In this document: in pieces, positions 60,903 through 64,000 of the stretch
Numbering within the stretch: position 1 is the first letter of the stretch
Layout of the letters: every line of letters begins with the position of its first letter
Source of the DNA: a virus
Lineage: Duplodnaviria > Caudoviricetes
DNA length: 64,000 nucleotides
Direction: 5' to 3' (one strand)
Virus record (IMG/VR): IMGVR_UViG_2667527597_000005
Coordinates: 3,117-67,116 of that record
The notes under the pieces: model-generated
What the model was told of the DNA's origin: nothing
The model's database searches: none
Seen by the model: the letters and a program-made list of their open reading frames with translations, nothing else
Program-made: the position numbers and the translations under genes

Positions 60903-61262
60903 CTACGGCACCTCCTTGCGATAACGGCTATTTATCTGGCTATTACGCCACTGGATAACCTCATCCAACCGCCCTTTACAAATACGGAGCGCTTGTTTAA
61001 GTGTCATGGCATATAAAGCACTGTCACTCCATGTTGTGCCGGTAAATTCAGGAATTTCACATTGCGTCATTGCCGACTCTGGTGGCAATAACAGCGGGGG
61101 TTTGATTAACGATGGAGGCGGCTTATTCCCGCAGGATGTCAATGCCAGACTCAGGCATACGGCTAGCAGCACAGTTGTCATTTGCTGTCGCCAACGTAAA
61201 TCGTTTGAGGCGGTCCTCCGCTTCATGTCGTAACCTCCTCTCACTTTCCAGTTGTCGGGCAA
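60903..61262 (-). CDS. o-spanin lipoprotein
   Basis: LTSC lipobox; paralogue of 22050..22358. Confidence 0.8.
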   Translation of the reverse strand: MPDNWKVRGGYDMKRRTASNDLRWRQQMTTVLLAVCLSLALTSCGNKPPPSLIKPPLLLPPESAMTQCEIPEFTGTTWSDSALYAMTLKQALRICKGRLDEVIQWRNSQINSRYRKEVP

Positions 61263-61452
61263 CAGCCGCGCGATTAGCGGCCTCGTTCAACTGATAGGCA
61301 TCAATGATGTCACCTAGTGTTTGATTAACTACTCGTTCACTCTGTAACTGGGCCTGTTCTTGCTTCTGCTTGGCGCTGAGGCGATAAGTATTTGCCATCA
61401 ACCCCATGAGGAGCAGCGTCAGCAATACCATAATGATGACTCGTCGGTTCAT
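61123..61452 (-). CDS. i-spanin
   Basis: Paralogue of 22255..22590. Confidence 0.8.
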   Translation of the reverse strand: MNRRVIIMVLLTLLLMGLMANTYRLSAKQKQEQAQLQSERVVNQTLGDIIDAYQLNEAANRAAVARQLESERRLRHEAEDRLKRFTLATANDNCAASRMPESGIDILRE

Positions 61453-61488
61453 TTACCCTCCTTGGTTTCCATCAGTATTGGTGTCATG

Positions 61489-61767
61489 TCAGCCCTCCAT
61501 TTTGCGTAATGCGTCATGACACACCGCGATAGCGGCTGGAATACTGTCCACAGCTTTATCACGCAGGAAATCGCGCAATATTTCGGTTCTACGTTGTTCT
61601 TCTTTAATTATCGCGTCTTTTTCTCGTAAATTGACGTAATAGGTTTTGACAGTAAAAATCACACTAACCAGGGTACCAAGAATAAAGATGTAATCCTGTA
61701 AACTCAGAGCCGAGAATAATGCCAGTGCCCCAGTCCACCAATACGGAAGCTGACTTTGTTCATTCAT
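61489..61767 (-). CDS. Holin
   Basis: LPYWW..LSLQDYIFILG shared with 23065..23382. Confidence 0.82.
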   Translation of the reverse strand: MNEQSQLPYWWTGALALFSALSLQDYIFILGTLVSVIFTVKTYYVNLREKDAIIKEEQRRTEILRDFLRDKAVDSIPAAIAVCHDALRKMEG

Positions 61768-61811
61768 TTATAACCTCCCTCTCTGATACACTGGCGTGTA
61801 AAACCAACAGA

Positions 61812-61847
61812 AACAGGAAAGCCCCGACAATGCGGGGCTTTCCTGTT
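61812..61847. terminator. Strong hairpin terminator (tR'-like) before holin
   Basis: AACAGGAAAGCCCCG..CGGGGCTTTCCTGTT. Confidence 0.8.
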
Positions 61848-61866
61848 ATTCAATCAGTGTGTTACT

Positions 61867-62075
61867 AACCAGTGATATCAGACTAATACACTTTTTGCGG
61901 ACCGCGTTAATGTTTTTTTCACTATTTTTAAATTTATTTTTCTGCTTCATGAATAAAAATATGAAAATAAAAAAAATCCCGCAATAGCGAGACTTTAAAT
62001 TATTATTCCTGCGGAACTCATAAACCAGTGCTATCAGACTAATACACTTTTCGCGGACCGCACTAATGTTTTTTC
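61867..62075 (-). promoter_or_regulatory. Tandem ~53-bp late promoter/Q-binding elements
   Basis: Direct repeats 61867-61920 and 62023-62075. Confidence 0.7.
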
Positions 62076-62513
62076 ATAAAAATGGATATTTTCAATAAAC
62101 GGATCCATTTCTAATTTTACATTCAACATTGCCAGGCAACCATCAATAAAACCTTCAGCCATTTGTATATTAATTCTGATCAGCCTTTCATCTCTTTTTT
62201 GCTGACGTGCAATAGCACGCTTTGATTGATTCAGTACATAATGGCGAATAATTAATTCATATTCATCTGGGCGATATTGTTTTAAGCGGGCAACACACCC
62301 ATCGACCACTAAACCATCATCATCGCAACATGAAGCTTTGTTTTTAGAAGTATCAGCCAGGAGTCCTTTAAACCCCGCAGCAATAGATGAATAATCCAGC
62401 CCAGAACTGTATCTTGCCCATACTCCCCAGCGCGCCAACACCAATTGAATATCTCTCATGCTCTGGCTTTTCTGGCTATGGCTGCCAGCTGCGTTGCCGT
62501 TTATTGAACTCAT
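62034..62513 (-). CDS. Q: Antiterminator Q of tailocin
   Basis: MRDIQLVLARWGVW..CCDDDG..AEGFIDG. Confidence 0.9.
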   Translation of the reverse strand: MSSINGNAAGSHSQKSQSMRDIQLVLARWGVWARYSSGLDYSSIAAGFKGLLADTSKNKASCCDDDGLVVDGCVARLKQYRPDEYELIIRHYVLNQSKRAIARQQKRDERLIRINIQMAEGFIDGCLAMLNVKLEMDPFIENIHFYEKTLVRSAKSVLV

Positions 62514-62559
62514 TTATAACTACTCCACAAAAGGCGGGGTCAAGGAATGACGCCTCAGC

Positions 62560-62703
62560 CTATCGATTGCTCAACAACGGAAACCACCGATAAATCTGGC
62601 TGCCGTCCTCTTGTGCGAACCAGAGCAACTCATGCCGCAGATGCCTCTGACACTGATCACAGAGCCTGTTGCCGGTGCGATTACATGCGTTTCTCTTATA
62701 CAT
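62560..62703 (-). pseudogene. Remnant of DUF968 C-terminus
   Basis: LCDQCQRHLRHELLWFAQEDGSQIYRWF aligns ungapped (11/28) to the end of 27405..28406. Confidence 0.7.
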
Positions 62704-62710
62704 TTCGATT

Positions 62711-62781
62711 GATTATTACCGCAAGTGATTTTATAGTCAATACCGCAGGTGATTGGATATTATTGCTAACGGTAATAAAAT
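62711..62781. promoter_or_regulatory. Lambda-type OR1/OR2/OR3 with PR and PRM
   Basis: 17-mers at 62714, 62738, 62761; minus-strand TTGACT-17-AATAAT. Confidence 0.82.
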
Positions 62782-62787
62782 TGACTC

Positions 62788-63510
62788 ATGAAAAAGAAGC
62801 CATTGACGCCAGAACAGTTAGACGACGCTAAACGGCTGAAAGAGCTGTTTAATGCCAAGAAAAAAGCACTGGGTATATCCCAGGAGTCTGTCGCGCATGA
62901 GTTAGGGGTGGGCCAAAGTGCGGTGAACCAATTCCTAAACGGTATAAACCCGCTCAATGTGACCAATGCAGCTGCTTTTGCCAAAGTGCTTAATGAGCCT
63001 ATTAGTAGTTTTAGTCCTTCTTTGGCAACAGAATTGGCAAAAATGGCTGAAAGTTTGTCTATCTCATCCCCAAACCGACTCAATGACAAACCCACAGGGA
63101 CAGTCGCTAACAGTTACCCGTTAATCAGTTGGATTAGCGCAGGAAATTGGTATGAGGCCATAGAACCCTATCAATTACGTGATATAGAAATTTGGCCTGA
63201 GTCGACCAAAAATGCGCATGACAGTGCATTTTGGTTGAGCGTAAAAGGTGACTCCATGACTTCACCGTCAGGAATCAGTTTTCCGGAAGGAATGATTATT
63301 CTGGTCGATCCGGAAAAAGAACCCATGCCAGGTAACTTTGTTGTCGCCAAATTAACTGACGATAATGAAGCGACATTTAAAAAATTAATTGTTGATGCTG
63401 GCGTTAAGTATTTGAAACCATTGAATCCTGCTTACCGTTTAATTGAGCTGAATGGCAACTGTAAGATACTTGGCGTGGTGGTTGATGCCCGCTGGTTAGA
63501 GATAGATTAG
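62788..63510 (+). CDS. cI: Lambda CI-like repressor (HTH + S24)
   Basis: KKKPLT.EQL.DA.RLK..SQESVA..GQS lambda-type N-terminus; SAG, GDSM, TFKKL. Confidence 0.93.
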   Translation: MKKKPLTPEQLDDAKRLKELFNAKKKALGISQESVAHELGVGQSAVNQFLNGINPLNVTNAAAFAKVLNEPISSFSPSLATELAKMAESLSISSPNRLNDKPTGTVANSYPLISWISAGNWYEAIEPYQLRDIEIWPESTKNAHDSAFWLSVKGDSMTSPSGISFPEGMIILVDPEKEPMPGNFVVAKLTDDNEATFKKLIVDAGVKYLKPLNPAYRLIELNGNCKILGVVVDARWLEID

Positions 63511-63596
63511 CCAAAGCCACCTATTCTTAGATTTATATTAGCGTGTCAAAAAATCTAAATCATGTGTATAAACAAGAAGATAAAATCTCGCATAAA

Positions 63597-63638
63597 AATA
63601 ACCGCAGGTGATTAGCCATTTAATCACCTGCGGTTATT
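63597..63638. promoter_or_regulatory. Two inverted OL-like operators / terminator hairpin
   Basis: AATAACCGCAGGTGATT and its perfect inverse, followed by T-run. Confidence 0.75.
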
Positions 63639-63717
63639 TTTTATATCACTAAAACAATCATTTAACCTCATTTCACATTAAAATGGCTAAAACTCGGTTG
63701 TTTTATGCCAAATATAG

Positions 63718-63733
63718 CTGTATATTAATACAG
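63718..63733. promoter_or_regulatory. LexA (SOS) box
   Basis: CTGTATATTAATACAG. Confidence 0.9.
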
Positions 63734-63757
63734 TATTAATCACCCAGGAAAGAAATC

Positions 63758-64000
63758 ATGCGAGTAGAATTAATTTATGACAAACGGAATGTCGCCGGCC
63801 TGACTAACGCCAATGAAATGATTAAAGCTGAATTGACCAAACGTGTGCATCAAGTGTTTCCCGGTGCCGAGGTTAAGGTCAAGCCGATGCAAGCCAATGG
63901 CATTAATACTGATGCAACTAAACAAGAAAAATCAGTGCTCAACCGTTTAGTAGAAGAAATGTTTGAACAAGCCGATGAATGGCTAGTCCATGAGTTTTAA
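63758..64000 (+). CDS. dinI: DinI-family protein
   Basis: MRVELIYDK..ELTKRV..ADEW; SOS box upstream. Confidence 0.85.
   Translation: MRVELIYDKRNVAGLTNANEMIKAELTKRVHQVFPGAEVKVKPMQANGINTDATKQEKSVLNRLVEEMFEQADEWLVHEF

Larger units (their letters stand above)
48178..63640. mobile_element. Headless phage-tail locus (putative R-type tailocin)
   Basis: cI-Q-holin-spanins-complete tail-fibre-invertase, all ORFs open; no head, terminase, replication or integrase genes. Confidence 0.85.

Noticed and set aside
50254-62513. Recent tandem duplication or mis-assembly of the prophage
   Set aside because: Extensive divergence, different repressor class, clean absence of whole modules
62766-63095. Antisense ORF over cI (possible cro) and many other short opposite-strand ORFs
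   Set aside because: Shadows of well-supported genes without recognisable motifs
48178-63640. eCIS (Afp/PVC) or T6SS
   Set aside because: No AAA+ ATPase, membrane complex or toxin cargo; genes are Mu/SfV-type with phage lysis and Q

Overview
Enterobacterial chromosomal DNA; a Yersinia-like host is my inference, not shown by the sequence. Three blocks. (1) 1-41368: the right ~41 kb of a lambdoid prophage with lambda-type head genes and Mu/SfV-type contractile tail genes. It ends at a displaced 3' half of tRNA-Pro(GGG), and its left end lies outside the window. It carries AT-rich cargo genes, notably an NdpA/YejK-like + membrane-protein operon inserted between Q and its late promoter, and an HsdR-N-type nuclease beside cI. 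(2) 41.7-48.1 kb: O-methyltransferase, alpha-carbonic anhydrase and a beta-glucoside PTS/glucosidase/RpiR cluster. (3) 48.2-63.6 kb: a headless, replication-less paralogue of the prophage tail operon, interpreted as an R-type tailocin, followed by LexA-boxed dinI. It has a lambda-type cI with OR/OL operators, Q, holin and spanins but no endolysin. A Hin/Gin-type invertase sits beside a 1.8-kb invertible tail-fibre cassette. The prophage fibre gene carries a near-identical crossover site at the same codon. Product calls are from recognition of motifs and gene order only; no searches were run.
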